Positions 39,576-52,135 of a DNA stretch of 64,000 nt are shown here, piece after piece. The position numbers were made by a program, and so were the translations under genes. A model generated the notes under the pieces. It ran no database searches. It was not told the origin of the DNA and worked only from the letters and a program-made list of their open reading frames with translations. This stretch comes from Pelomyxa schiedti (Eukaryota; Protista; Evosea), in assembly GCA_020536535.1 (NCBI GenBank), contig JAHLWZ010000843.1, positions 1-64,000 of the forward strand, written 5' to 3'. Numbering within the stretch: position 1 is the stretch's first letter; each line of letters begins with the position of its first letter.

Positions 39576-42500
39576 CTAGCTGCCTTTCCCACATAGGCTA
39601 CGCCATTGGTCCATAACAGCACTTGGTGGTGAAGGTGTCCTGGTGGCCAACACCTGCATTCCAACGTCATAGTCCAGGTCTGTGAGAGTTCCAGGTGCAA
39701 TGTCAGAACTGGTACTTAACTGAACTAGGTGCACAAATGCATCTTGCAGCTGATGAAATGGGTTTTTTGTTTGTGTTAGTTAGTTAGGGGTTGGAGGAGT
39801 TAATGGGTACTTGTTGCAAGAGGGTCTGTTTGTATTGATATATTTGGAAGTTGAAAGCCTCTTGCTCTGTGGAAATGGGTGCTGTTTCAGCTGCTAATTG
39901 ACCATGCACCGCCTTTAGAACTGTCTCAAAGGACCCTCCATACAATTCTCTTCTTTGAGGGGATGCCAACGCCGTAACTGCACTTATTCTAGAAAAGTTA
40001 AAACAAAAAAAAAGCCTATCTGAGGTACTTGGTCTTGAGGTTTGGATTGCTCGACATTGCATGGACAAGACCATGATAAACAAGGTCAAGGCTGTTTTCA
40101 ACACAGTTTGCAGCAAGTAGGGTTCCCTATAATAGAATACAGTTGGCAAAGAACCAAGCAAAAAGCACCTACCAGAACGTAAGAAGCATTCCACTGAACT
40201 TTTGGGAATGGTGAGCTATATACCGCACTAACAAGGGTTGTAAGTGCCCTTGAGCGGAGAGAATCGGGATTGCTGGTTAAGAGTTAAAGCAGGTGGAAAA
40301 ACCTTTCAAGCAATACCTGTCACTCCCAAGAATTGTGGTAGGGAAAAACCGCAAAAGACTGCCAATCCCACGAATAGCACTTGATTGTACCTTGGTTGTT
40401 TGTTAGCTTCTTGGTTGAAAAAGGGGCTCTAAACCTTTTCGTGATCAGAGCCTGCAGAAACAAGGCAAGACAGAACTGCCACTAAATCATTTCTGAGCTG
40501 TAAGGACGATAGTGTAGATGGTAACTCATGACTGTTTTTCACTACTATAGCAGAGAGATTTGCCAGAGCCCAACACGCTTTGGTGCGTGTTACAAGAGGT
40601 GACTTAGGTTGTAGGGCAGGAATCAGGAAAGAAATACACGTGTGAACAAAGGACTCGTCCTGAATTAGGTGACTTTTGGTTAGAAGTACAGTTGTCTCAT
40701 ACAAAAATAAGGAACTCCCAGCAACTGCCAACTGTTTTACAAAGATTTGTTTTCACGGAAGCATTTGAGTCTCTTGAAAGCACCAGGCACATATCTTTGA
40801 ATACTTGTTGAGCACTGTTCTGTATTAAAATGATTAAGTGGAGAAGGAGATAGTCAAGTACTGATAGAGTAAAATATCCTGGGGAGGTGATGTGCCCTAA
40901 ACAGGAGATAGAAGTCGATCGCACAACTGGTAATGCATCCATAAAGCAGGCAGTGAAAACGGTGGATGAAAGCCAATACTGAAGGATCTGTGTTTGGACA
41001 CCAGGACTGCTTGTCACGAGAGCCGCAGCTTTAAAGGATTCCTCAACAGTCTTGACCGCAGTTAATCTTACTCCAGGTTCAAGAGAGTTCAATTTCTGTA
41101 CCACTTGAACGCATATCTCTTCAAAATACCTCCTGTGGGGGAATTAGAAGAGAAATATTAACAGCAGCTACCAGAATGTAGAGAAACTGGCATTAGGAAG
41201 AGTGCCAATTACTCTCATAGCCTCCACACAAACAGAAGTATCGGGAGAAGATGCAAGATTCAATAAAGAGGGCAGCAGAGCCACTGGCAGATTAAGTTCA
41301 CAAGGAGACAGCAGGCCTTTTTGTAGACCTTAACTTCGAAAAGAATTGGGGGAACAAACTCTTTTGCGTTTCTGTTGGTTTTGTTGAGTCCTTCCGGGAT
41401 GTTAATACAGCATGAATACAAGACAATGCAGCTTGTGTGAGCGTAACGGAGTTGCTGTATGTTGGAATATGAGGTTGAATGTAAATAGACAGGTTACCTA
41501 CCTGTCTTGTTTAATAGGCACCAAGATGGTAACGAGTTGCTGCAAGAAATTGGAGAGAATTTGATCACCTAGTTTCTCATAGGGTGTACAAGAAGCTAAT
41601 GCAGATGCACACTAAGTTGTGTCAAGCAGGGAACAAGGTACTTGACAAGAAAAGAAGTACCTTTAATAAGCTGCAAAGAACTATTGGCTGCGGTTCATGT
41701 GCAAGGATCCAAAACAAAATGGTATGCAGGGAATGTATATTTGCACTAAGGTTCTGGGAAAACGGAGTGAAGGATGCCCTTTGCCTGTAAATTTTGTCTC
41801 TCCTTAAGAACTGGTAAAATGAAAAATATAATACACACGTATTTACAGGGCTAGTAATGGCAACCATGAATGGCTTCATACTAGTAATAATTGTAGAAAG
41901 AGCTGATGCCGCGGAAATCCGGACCTTCCCTTGAAACATACGGAAACAAGGGATATGAATAAAAAAATTTATGTTCATTAGATTGAGATAAGGTCTGAAA
42001 GCGTGTAGAAGAGAAGTACCTTTCCACAAGGGTCACAGGCAAGGCTGTGGTACATCCCATTACCTTTATTGCCGGGCAGGGAAAGAGGAAGGGAACAAGT
42101 TGGAAGGAAGGTGGTCCAGTAGGCGTAAAATATATTGGGAGTAGTGGTGGCCACAGCTTCAATGCAACGAAGTGCATTACATCGGATTTCCCATGCTCCG
42201 TACCTAAACCAGTAAGATTTGGCTGGATTCTCATGCGGGGAGTACATATCACATTCACCAAATTCTTCAATGCCAGGATTAGGGTTCCATAGTTCATCTA
42301 ATTAAAAGATTACTCTTTCTAAAGGGATTAGGGAACAACTGCAGGAGTCTGTAGCAAGAGTATCAAGTGTTCCTATGAACAGAAGACTCTAAGAAGCCAT
42401 TATCAGGGGTGTTACTAAAAGTGTTTTCGAAATTGGAAAAATGAGAATGGACCTTTAATGTTTGCAGCAATACTTGTGCATCACTCCTATGAGCTGATTT

Positions 42501-43466
42501 CAATTCCATAATAATCGTTTTCAATAAAATTAAGAGTGCCGAGAAGGTCTAGAATGCTTAAGAGAAATGGGTGAGACTGGAATACAGACCGCACAGTGCC
42601 AAGGATGGGAAAAAATGGAAGTACTCCAAGAAACAAATTGTTTGAAAGCCATTGGGTAGATAGAGTCCACCAGGAACTTTGATGAAGACGGTGTTTTAAC
42701 TACAAGTTCTGGAAGAATTTGCAAAGCATAGACGGACACTGATGTGATATCTTCATTGTGCATGTGGGGCCTGAGGGTTTTAAAAAACACTGAAACCTAA
42801 AGAAGGCATGAATATGGGAATGTGATTAATTGTGGCTTCTACAATGTGGTCTGCCAACTGGCCATCTATTGCATGAACTAGTTTTGTGAGTGCGGCATAA
42901 ACTATCTCTGCACATGGGTACTCCTGTACCACATGGTTGATCCAAGGAAAAACGCCAGTTAAGTGAGTAGAATTTAACACAATCTACAGATAGGAGTAAG
43001 AGGACAAGACTGGCATTTTTCACATACTGGATGGAGTTTGAGGATAGTGTGTAAAAGACTGCACACAGTAATGCACAAAGAAGAATCGCTGAGGGGCACA
43101 TGCTCCACAACACCAACAAGAAACCGCGTTATATCCTGCCATAACGTGAATTCAGTACAACGAATTAAGTTGAATACCTCTGCTCCTAGACCATTCAAGG
43201 GGTACACCGTCTCACTCAAAATAGAAAGTAATCCAGCCACTTCCGCACTTCCATCCCTAAAAAACATTATAAATACACCCTCAAAGGCAAAATAAAAAAC
43301 AAAAAAAAAAAAAAACAAAACAAAACAAAAAAAAAAGCCCTCACTCAATGTGTTGCGCCAATTGATCCACCACAAGTCTCCATTCCCGCACGCTGTTGCA
43401 TCCTTCTGAACACACAACAGATCTGCGTCCTGGTGGCGCGCCTTCTCTGCCTCTGATGGGCCGCAT
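39576..43466 (-). CDS. HEATR6: HEAT repeat-containing protein 6-like (DUF4042)
   Basis: SLACDP..KVRISAASALST, RASFTPFSQNLSANIHSLH, TKACWALANLS, DHEKVQSSAIRGIG, NAKVQWNASY, RISAVTALASPQRRELYG. Confidence 0.85.
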
Positions 43467-43589
43467 CAGAAATGTCAGAAAAGCAAGTTGATCCTCACTG
43501 AACATCTCTCTTTCGGGGGACACCCGAAATTCATAGTAACAGAAATCCCCCCTACGGCAAGCCAACCGACGTCAAGCGCAGCTTCAACC

Positions 43590-46500
43590 ATGGACGAGCT
43601 GGACATGCTGCTGGCCGAATTGGATGCAACTGCACGCGGCTCGGGAGCGAGGGTGGTGCCCTTCCAGGCCGCCGAGTACGTTGCCGGCGAAGAAGGGCTC
43701 CCGCGCAGCAGGCAAGTTGTCTACGAATCCGCCCTAAGGAGCTCCCTCGAGTGCGAACCCCTCGCGGTACCCCGGCGCGCCAAGTTGGTGCACGAAGGGG
43801 CTTGCGCCACTCAGGAGGATCTCGACCAGTGTGCGCAATTGGGCCAGTTGGACGTACCTTGCGACCAGCCTCGTCCTCAGCCTCAGCCTCAGCCTGAGTC
43901 TCAGTCTCTGACCCAGGATGGAGGGGAAGATAAAGAGATTTGCAATTTGGTATTGAGAATCAGGGCCCCATCTGCTGGCGGGGATCACCTGGAATCAAAA
44001 GAACGTGATAGTTCCTCTGGTTTTGATTCTGATCTGGATTCTGATAGCGTGGAATTACCACCAGATGGGGTGGAGGTGAATATCTGTGTGAGAGGATTTT
44101 TGGTTGAGACATCAGTGGTGTCTAGATTCCAAAATTCTACTGACAATGATTATTTGGATGCAGAGTTAGTGTTTCCTCTTCCAGAAGGTTTGTAAACTCC
44201 TTTTCTTTTTCTAAAAAATATCTATGAAATAAATCGAAGAGACCTGAAAATTTTCTCTCTAGGAGCCACTATTTGTGGGTATGGATTTGATGTGAATGGA
44301 ACTTTAGTGGATGCAGTCATTGTTGAGAAAGACAAGGGAAGAACAGTGTATGAACAAGAACTCAGAGAAAATCCTCAGGAAGGGGCTTCACTTGTGGAAA
44401 ACGTAGTGGGTAATGTATTTAGGACGAGGTAAGTGGTTTTACAGCTTGGTGTGATACTAAATTTCTCACAAGGATATCTTCCATTCCTAAGCACGGGTTT
44501 AGAGTTATAAAGGCCGGTTATAGTCCCCTTAATTATCAACTCTGCTCAGTCTTGCCTTATAGGTCGTCTTTGCCTCTGAACTGGAGAGAATAGGTCAAAA
44601 TATGAAATATTGCCTTCCATTAACAGTCTCTGCACTTCTGAGACTCTTTAAGCTTGATGTATGTGCACAATCACATAGTAACACAAAATAAACGGAACTA
44701 TTGAACTTAAGGTAACAGTTGAGTTTGAGAGAGAACTTTATGGATATCCACAACTTAGCAATGAAATGAAAGTTATGTCGGCCCCAGCAACTTTTTCTGC
44801 TTCACAAATAGGTGCGACAAAGGAGCCAACAAAAATACTCAAATAATGTTAAAGGGAACCTTTCTTCTTATGCACTCCATGTTGTAAGGCAGTCTGTTAT
44901 CCCATCTGGGATATCTTTTACGTTACCTATTAGTGCAGTCCCTCTTCCATCAATTCTTTTAGAAACTGATGAGAAACTCTCCTATTTTTGTATCAGAGAT
45001 AAAGGAATCCCTTCCAATCGTGCACATTCCAAAGTAGCTTCATTTCACTTGGCCACACTAAGCTATGTTCACAGACAAAACGAATAGGCGTATTTTGGGA
45101 CACTTCTGCAAGTGCAAAAAATTCTGCAGCAACGGACAAGTGAGAAAGCAATTTTTTTTGTCCCTTTCTCTACAGGTGTGCCAACACGTTCTTTAGTTTC
45201 TGTGAGGTAGTGTATAGAATCTGTGTCCAATTCGAACCTGAAGAAATAGCACTGTATTACTTTGCTTCATCTATTTCAGAAGTTAAAATATTCACAGTGT
45301 GCTTCTTTTCAAAAAAAAAAAAAAATGGCCAAATCACCCACAGGCACCAATGCCACTGATAGTAGAACTTCAATATGCGGAATATACAGGCGGAACCAAT
45401 TTGAGTTGTTTGTCATCAATTAAGGAGAGACTGTGTGATTTCTATCTGCTTTTCTCTGATGGCCTCTGTACATGGGGAGATCCTGTATTAAATTTAGTAA
45501 CCTACCTCTCTTTGATGCAAGATTAGAACCCCACAGTGAAACTTCCCAAGCCAGTACATACCTTTTGTAATGGAGATGGCCCAACAAATTTCCCTCTTCT
45601 AAAACTCATTGCCAAAACTACTGGTGGAACATTCTTTAATCTGAAAACGACTCCCACCCAGTAATGTTTTCATACATTGGTCCTTTAGGCTTACTCCCTC
45701 TTCCAAGGTCTATAGTTGATTCCCTTTCTCACGAGCCTCTGATGGTTCTCAGCTGGTCACTCCAAATTGGCAGGGTGAAAGTTGAAACCAACAGGGATAT
45801 CTATCCATTATGCCCATTTCCCATTTACGGCATGTTTGAGATACATGGAAAACTGGCAGATCATTCCTGCCCAAGTTAGCTTTGTTATTTATGATGACTA
45901 TGACTGACATTTTATTTAGCCACACTGGTTTTAAAGTTGGGCCATCTAACCAGTGGCCCCATAATTCAAAGAGAATATCGATTAGTACCGTCTCCAACAT
46001 ATTCTGGACTAAGTACCATGTAATCCATCATATAATGGAACTAAAGTGAATTAAGTTGCACGGCAATGGGCTATTAAAAAAGTTGATAGTTTACTTCTGG
46101 AATCACACAGTTCTCCAGTGCGCGACTTAGTACTGTCTTTGGGAAGGCAATACCAGTTAGTATACATTTATAAATTACGGCTGCGTAATCATACAACTCA
46201 GTTTTGTTACACCAAACTCTTCCCTCCTTGTACTGAGTACCTTAGACCAAGTACCTTAATCATTTTCTTTTTCATCGATACCAAACAATGACTAGTTCTT
46301 GAAACACCAAGTTGAGCCACCCCCTTGTCTCCCTGAAGTTTTACAGCAGTACTTGCTGAAGATTGACGGAAGAAAAGTACCATTTTCCACATTAATTATG
46401 GCAGTAACTATAGGATTAGAGATTGGACCAGAAAAAACGTGAACAGAAGGCCGTATACATGAAGTCTTTATGGCACCAACAATGCTCACTAAGATCCAAA

Positions 46501-49500
46501 CACTACGATGGTACCAAAGAGGTTATTTCTTTCTTTTTCAGCCAAAAATAACACTAGTAGCAACCTCTCTTATGCCATTTTGCTGATCTGACGAAGCACG
46601 TGGATGTTTGGGGAGATCCAACTGTGGACTTCATTCCAGTTTCTCTTTCCCTCGAAATAGTTTCCTTATCCTTAAAATTTAAAGGAACCCATTGTGGAAG
46701 AAGCGGAAATAATTCCTGAAGTTGAAATCAAAACTTGTATCGAAAAGTGCAGTGATTTTAAGGAATTTGTATTGTCCAGATATATGAGCCAATTTCCAGA
46801 GATGCAACCCAACTCTAGTCAGGTCTGCAAACTGCTGAATGATCTTTATGAAGGTAATCACATACCTTTTTTTTTCCCTTCTAATGCAAGAAGGGAGGTT
46901 AAATCCATCTCTGGAAGAGCAAATGTTGAAAGAACATGGTAGTAACTATGCAGCATGGATAGATTTTTCACACTTCTGGGATCTTTATGTGTGGTGCAGC
47001 GACAATTGCTCCAATAAAGAGGTTCTCTCTCGTGTTGAGCTACTCAAGTATGATTGTAACTGTGCCGATGCTTTGTGCTGCAGAGACTCTTGCCGCTCCC
47101 TTTACCTATCCGAGGCAATGAGTATGCTGTGCCCTCTTCATGAAATCCGCCCAGCTAGAGAGTTTAGTTTTTTGTCCGCAAGACATAGCCGTGCTGTATT
47201 AGGAGTGAAAAAACACATTGTCTGTGCAGCCCTCGACAATGCATGGAACAACAGCCCTCAGAATGTCTTATCAGCACGTTGTGAATGTGACCCAAGTCTT
47301 GAACAGGAACTATGCAAACCTAGCGATTCACTTACCGTTTTTCTTGAGCCTCCAAGAACTTGCATCACATTTGAGCTTGAAGACATTCGCGAGGTCACCG
47401 TTTCCAAGATTAAGGAGTTGCTTGAAGTTGAAGGGTTCCCAATAAAAGACCAACTTATTTCTTGGAATGGTACCCCCCTTGCAGACAGCAAGTATCTTCC
47501 TCTTCGTTCTTTTTCCCTCTAAAGAGGAAAAGATTTATTTTTGAATACAACTTTTCTCAAGGCTGCCCCCTTCAACTAACAATGAAAAAATCCCACATGC
47601 CGTTGGCTGTCTTCCAAGATTCCCCTAAAATCCCCCTTTCCTGTGAGAGAGCTCTGTTTTCCATGCTATCCATTCCTCCACCAAGTAATATCAAGATTTT
47701 TCGGGTTGGAAATGCCCTTATAAAGGTATCACTTCTTTCAGAGACACTCCCCAAGGAAACTTGTCTAAAAACCATTAATTTTCTATCTACAGAGTTATAT
47801 ACGTGGTGAACATCAAACCCCTTACGAATCACGGTTTTTTGAAGTTCTCTTCCAGGTTAATTGTCTGCCCGCTGCATATAACTGTTTCAAGTAAATCACT
47901 TGCATTAAAGATACCACCAGAATTTCCAGAAAAACCGCCCCTAATGAAGATGTGTACACCTGTAATACACCCTGACATAACACCTAATGGTGAAATCGGG
48001 GGAGACGTTTCCCAACTCTGTTTACATAATTGGAATCCATCTATTACTTGTATATCAGAAAACCTGCTCAAAAATTCTTGCATTAATCAAGGTGGTAGTT
48101 GTAAATATTCTCAGCACTCTCAGTTCGATGCTTTCTCAGGACCTTTCACCTGAGATTAGAGACAAAGCTTATATACACTGTCTAGAATTCGCCTTGACTG
48201 AAATTCCTCAACTTCAAGACATTGCACAATACACAGGAAGTACTGAGTTCTCCTCTTTTAATTAATTAACAGCTTATGACTTCTTCACAGACTCGTTCAA
48301 GCAACTACGAACAGTAGTATCTTCATCAGAGATCGATCCTGCATTGAAGTCACATTATCGCAGCTCCGAGTCCCGACAAACTGTGGAATACACTTACCAA
48401 GTACTTCCTCGTTGGATTTTTTTTCCCGATTCTAAAATTCAAACAGACTTGCCACTCCACTGTCACCGATCCTGTCCAAATTCTACAACTAGCACTTCTT
48501 GTTGAGAGATTTCCCGATTTTGCCGTCAAGTATGATTTCTGTTGGGTAATAATCAACCATTCTCACCTGGTGCAACAAAAACACAGAGTGATTAGCAACA
48601 TCGCGGAACTGGAGCTTGACAATGCCCAGAATATTAGAGTGGCTGCAGCTTTTGCTGAGAAATTAACTCGATTCAAGTACTTTCCCTTATTTCCGGGGCT
48701 TTCCCACTTTTCGGTAAACCTACAATTAGGACTGCAGCTGACCTGTATGAAAGGGTGTTACAATTACGACCTGAAGAACCTCAGTCCTATCGGGACCTAG
48801 CCCTGTGCCTAGTTCAAGTAAACGAATCAGGAGGTACGCCAACTCCTCTCACAGAAATGATTCTAAGCAAGACCAAGAGAATTTGCAACGTGCATTGACT
48901 TTGTTGAACCGGGTTGTGGAAGGAGGTATACCGTGTACAACGAATATGTCCTTCCATTCAAAATGAACAGAATGGGATAGAAGATTTCAGCAGGTCGAAT
49001 TAACAGCTGTGAATGTAAACTCCAGTCCCTCTAATTTTTTTTTTACCTGGAAAAATAGGATATGTACTTTATATGGAAGATTGTACAAGAGCTTGGTCTC
49101 TGTTCTGAAGTAAAACTCCCAATTTCCCCTACGTTTCTAGAGTGCAATCTTGATTTGGATATCAGGGTAGTTCTTACATGGTAGAGTTAATATTCCTTCT
49201 CTACAGTTTTCTTATGCTTTTTTAAATGCAGGAATAATTCCGCAGACGTGGTATACAACCTAATGCCTTGTATCAGAGTCAACTGACTAATAACCAGGAT
49301 TTGGTTGTTGTTGAACCAACGGGAGAGGAATGTTCTCCATTCCACAATCATACGAAGATAGGAGGTGAGTGAGCAATATTGCTATCAACAAAGCCAACAA
49401 AATAACCAAGGGGTTCTGAGTGAGGATTTCACAGAAGGCTTTGGCCCTGTCGTTTATTCGATATCTGATGCAGTGGAAGGCCAGTACGATTTCTATGCTT

Positions 49501-49704
49501 CAGTTTTTCATCCTGGAACATCATTGTACGTCCGCTCTCCTCTACAACAGCCTTAACATTACTTACAGGAACAAAGAGACTGTGTGTATTTCACACATCT
49601 ACACGAATTTTGGCAGGGTGCTGGCCCAGCAATCATCTGTCAATATTGTTATTTTGCCTAATCCCAAGGAGAGGCAACTTTTGGCCTCTGTGTATGTTGG
49701 TTGA
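43590..49704 (+). CDS. VIT - vWA - Ubl - E2(UBC)-like - TPR - DUF2135/YfaP-like multidomain protein
   Basis: VIT: [37 protein letters not shown]. vWA: [19 protein letters not shown]. Ubl: [25 protein letters not shown]: [27 protein letters not shown]: [15 protein letters not shown]2135: [28 protein letters not shown]. The middle exons were not all phased by hand. Confidence 0.78.
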
Positions 49705-49781
49705 TAAAAATGGTTCAATGTAATTCTGAATAATTTACGTTTTGGCTTTTTTCTTTTATTTCACTGTTTGGTGGTCAATTG

Positions 49782-51941
49782 TTACAACAACAGGTCCAAT
49801 ATTGACTGTGTGGAACTTGTTTGCCTTGGGCTTGTGGGTAGTAATGGTGCTGTTGGCACTGTTTGTGAGAGGGAGGTACTGGTTGTGGTCGAGGTTGAGG
49901 TTGTTTTTCTCAGTGGTGAGGAATGCCTGGGTGACAGACTACAGTCCCTTGGGAGGTTGGCCGTGAATTGGAACAAGTCAAATGTGGGAAGTGCCCGCGG
50001 CGATTCGGGGGTTCCTGTGCCAGTACCAGTACCGGGTTTGGCTTTCAGGCCAAATGGGTCAAAGTCCTCCCCAAATCCGCCAGGTTCCGGACTTGGTGTT
50101 GCAGAGCCTGTAGGGAATGATGTGGGAAATTGTGGCTGTTGTTGTGAGATTGTGGTGTTTGGCTTGGGTGCCACGGAACGGTCCCTCTCTGAGGAATCTA
50201 GCGAAGGGAAAACAGGGTTGAAATCAAAAAAGCTCGTATCAGCTTGGTTTGAAGTGTTGCTTGTGGCGGATGTTGTAATTACTTCCTGTGGGTTATAGGT
50301 TAGCGGCTCAATATTGGCCCCATCAATCATCTGGCTTCTAATTGTTTCCTCTAAGTGGGAATCAGTATTCAGACATTGTGCCCACGCAACCTTTGATGAA
50401 TTGGAGCATGGCGTTGCACACTTTGTTAATTTGCTTGGAATCTTTCGTCATGGCACTGAAGGAGGAATCGCACTCCACAGTGAAAATGTCGGAAGCAAAC
50501 CCCCATCTCTTTAATGAGGACCATGCGATGGACTTGATTAACGTCTTTTGAAGGAGTGGAGAAAAGTAAGAACGCCATTTTGGGAGCCAAATATTGTAGC
50601 ACACCACTTTCATCAAGTCAATTCTTAGGATGGCTTCCTTCGTTATAGCAAGAAATTCGTGTCGGGGAGGGACCTTGGGTACCATAAGGCACACCGAAGG
50701 AAGTATGGGTAAAACCTCAACAACGAAAACTGAAGCTCCAAATGAAGGCGTAGACATGGCTTTATTCACATAGGCTATCTTGGTATCCCTCATAGAGGGA
50801 AAAGATAGCGTTTGATACTCTTTCACAATGTCTGCTACCAGGGCTTTGGCACTATCCTTCCAGCATGGGGTTACACTTGAGCATGCAGCACTAAAATAAC
50901 GAAGGAGTAAGAGAAGGAGGAAGGGAGAGCATGATTACAGGGTTATTTTTTTGAGGAACTCTTTTTGTAGTCGCTTGAATTCTTTGTCACTACACCCTTG
51001 AAGAGTATGACGGTATGCATCTAGGGTACCATACCGCACAGCAAGATCCAGCGCTGCTATACTTATTGCCTCTGGTTTTGATGGTACCGCACGTGCGTCA
51101 ACAATAACTGCTTCTCTTACCTATTCTATGTTCTGAAAATACTACAACCATTTTAAGTTTACTTGGAAAAAAATCATATCAATATACTGATCAGGGTCTG
51201 TTGGCTTAAGTTTTGCATAAGATACCCAGAACTTCCTCTTAAGATTAAGGACTTCATCTTCAGGAACATCGACGTCAATCAGGGAGAAGTTGTTGGGCAC
51301 CCATTGCCCTATACCAGTAAGAGAGGGAAAATAAAAGTAACGTGGGTACTTTCACAGCACTGGAAGGAATATTCGTCAGTATCGACAACATTAAGATAGG
51401 AAAGAACTCTTGTCACTGTGTTCTAAAGAAAAATGTTATTCGCTGGTGTGGTGGCAAAATAGTTATGTACTTTTATTGGAACAGTGAGGTCTATAATCTC
51501 TGTAGTTGTATTGCCGTCAACATTTCGCACTTTTTGTTTTCGTTGAGTTCTTAGGTAAAGAATAGGTTTTTCCTGTAAGTCAAGCCTTTAATATATTCTT
51601 CATTGTCGTAAAGCCAAAACCTAAATTTAGTAAGAAAGCGCATGCATACCTCCTCAAGAGAGCATGACGCCAATGGAGTTTCAGGAGTTAAAAGCCATCG
51701 CGACTTTTGTTCTTCCGTCCCGGCGATATACAACCCAAAGCCTGCTCCATCTCCTCCAAACTAGCAGAAATAAAACCACGGTAAGCAAAACAACGGGGAT
51801 AGATAAACGGCGATCTAGGCGCACCTCCCCTTGTAGTCGGTGCAGGGCGTCCCCTACAGTAGCGGAATCATCCAACGTCAACAACGCCCCCCTCCTCTCT
51901 GTCTTTCTGGGTCCCGCGTCGTAAAACAAAAACGACGGCAT
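49782..51941 (-). CDS. FERM-domain (talin-head-like) protein with a low-complexity C-terminal tail
   Basis: F0-like LTLDDSATVGDAL..FGLYIAG..WL; LNLKRKFW; QVREAVI; STPSFGASVFVVE; FLAITKEAILRID; WSSLKRW. Confidence 0.75.
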
Positions 51942-52135
51942 CTACGTCTCGCGTGTCGCACTTCCGGTACCAAGCCCCCCTTGGGGTTAATTCTTTTTTC
52001 AAAACCTTCGGGTTTCCTCCGAGGCATCTCACGTTTCTAGGAAATACGAAAAATGTGCAAAACGTAAGTTTTTTCAAAGGACAGGCGCAGAGAACTCTAG
52101 CCGATACCACTAGCGATAGCAAAAAAAAACAACAT

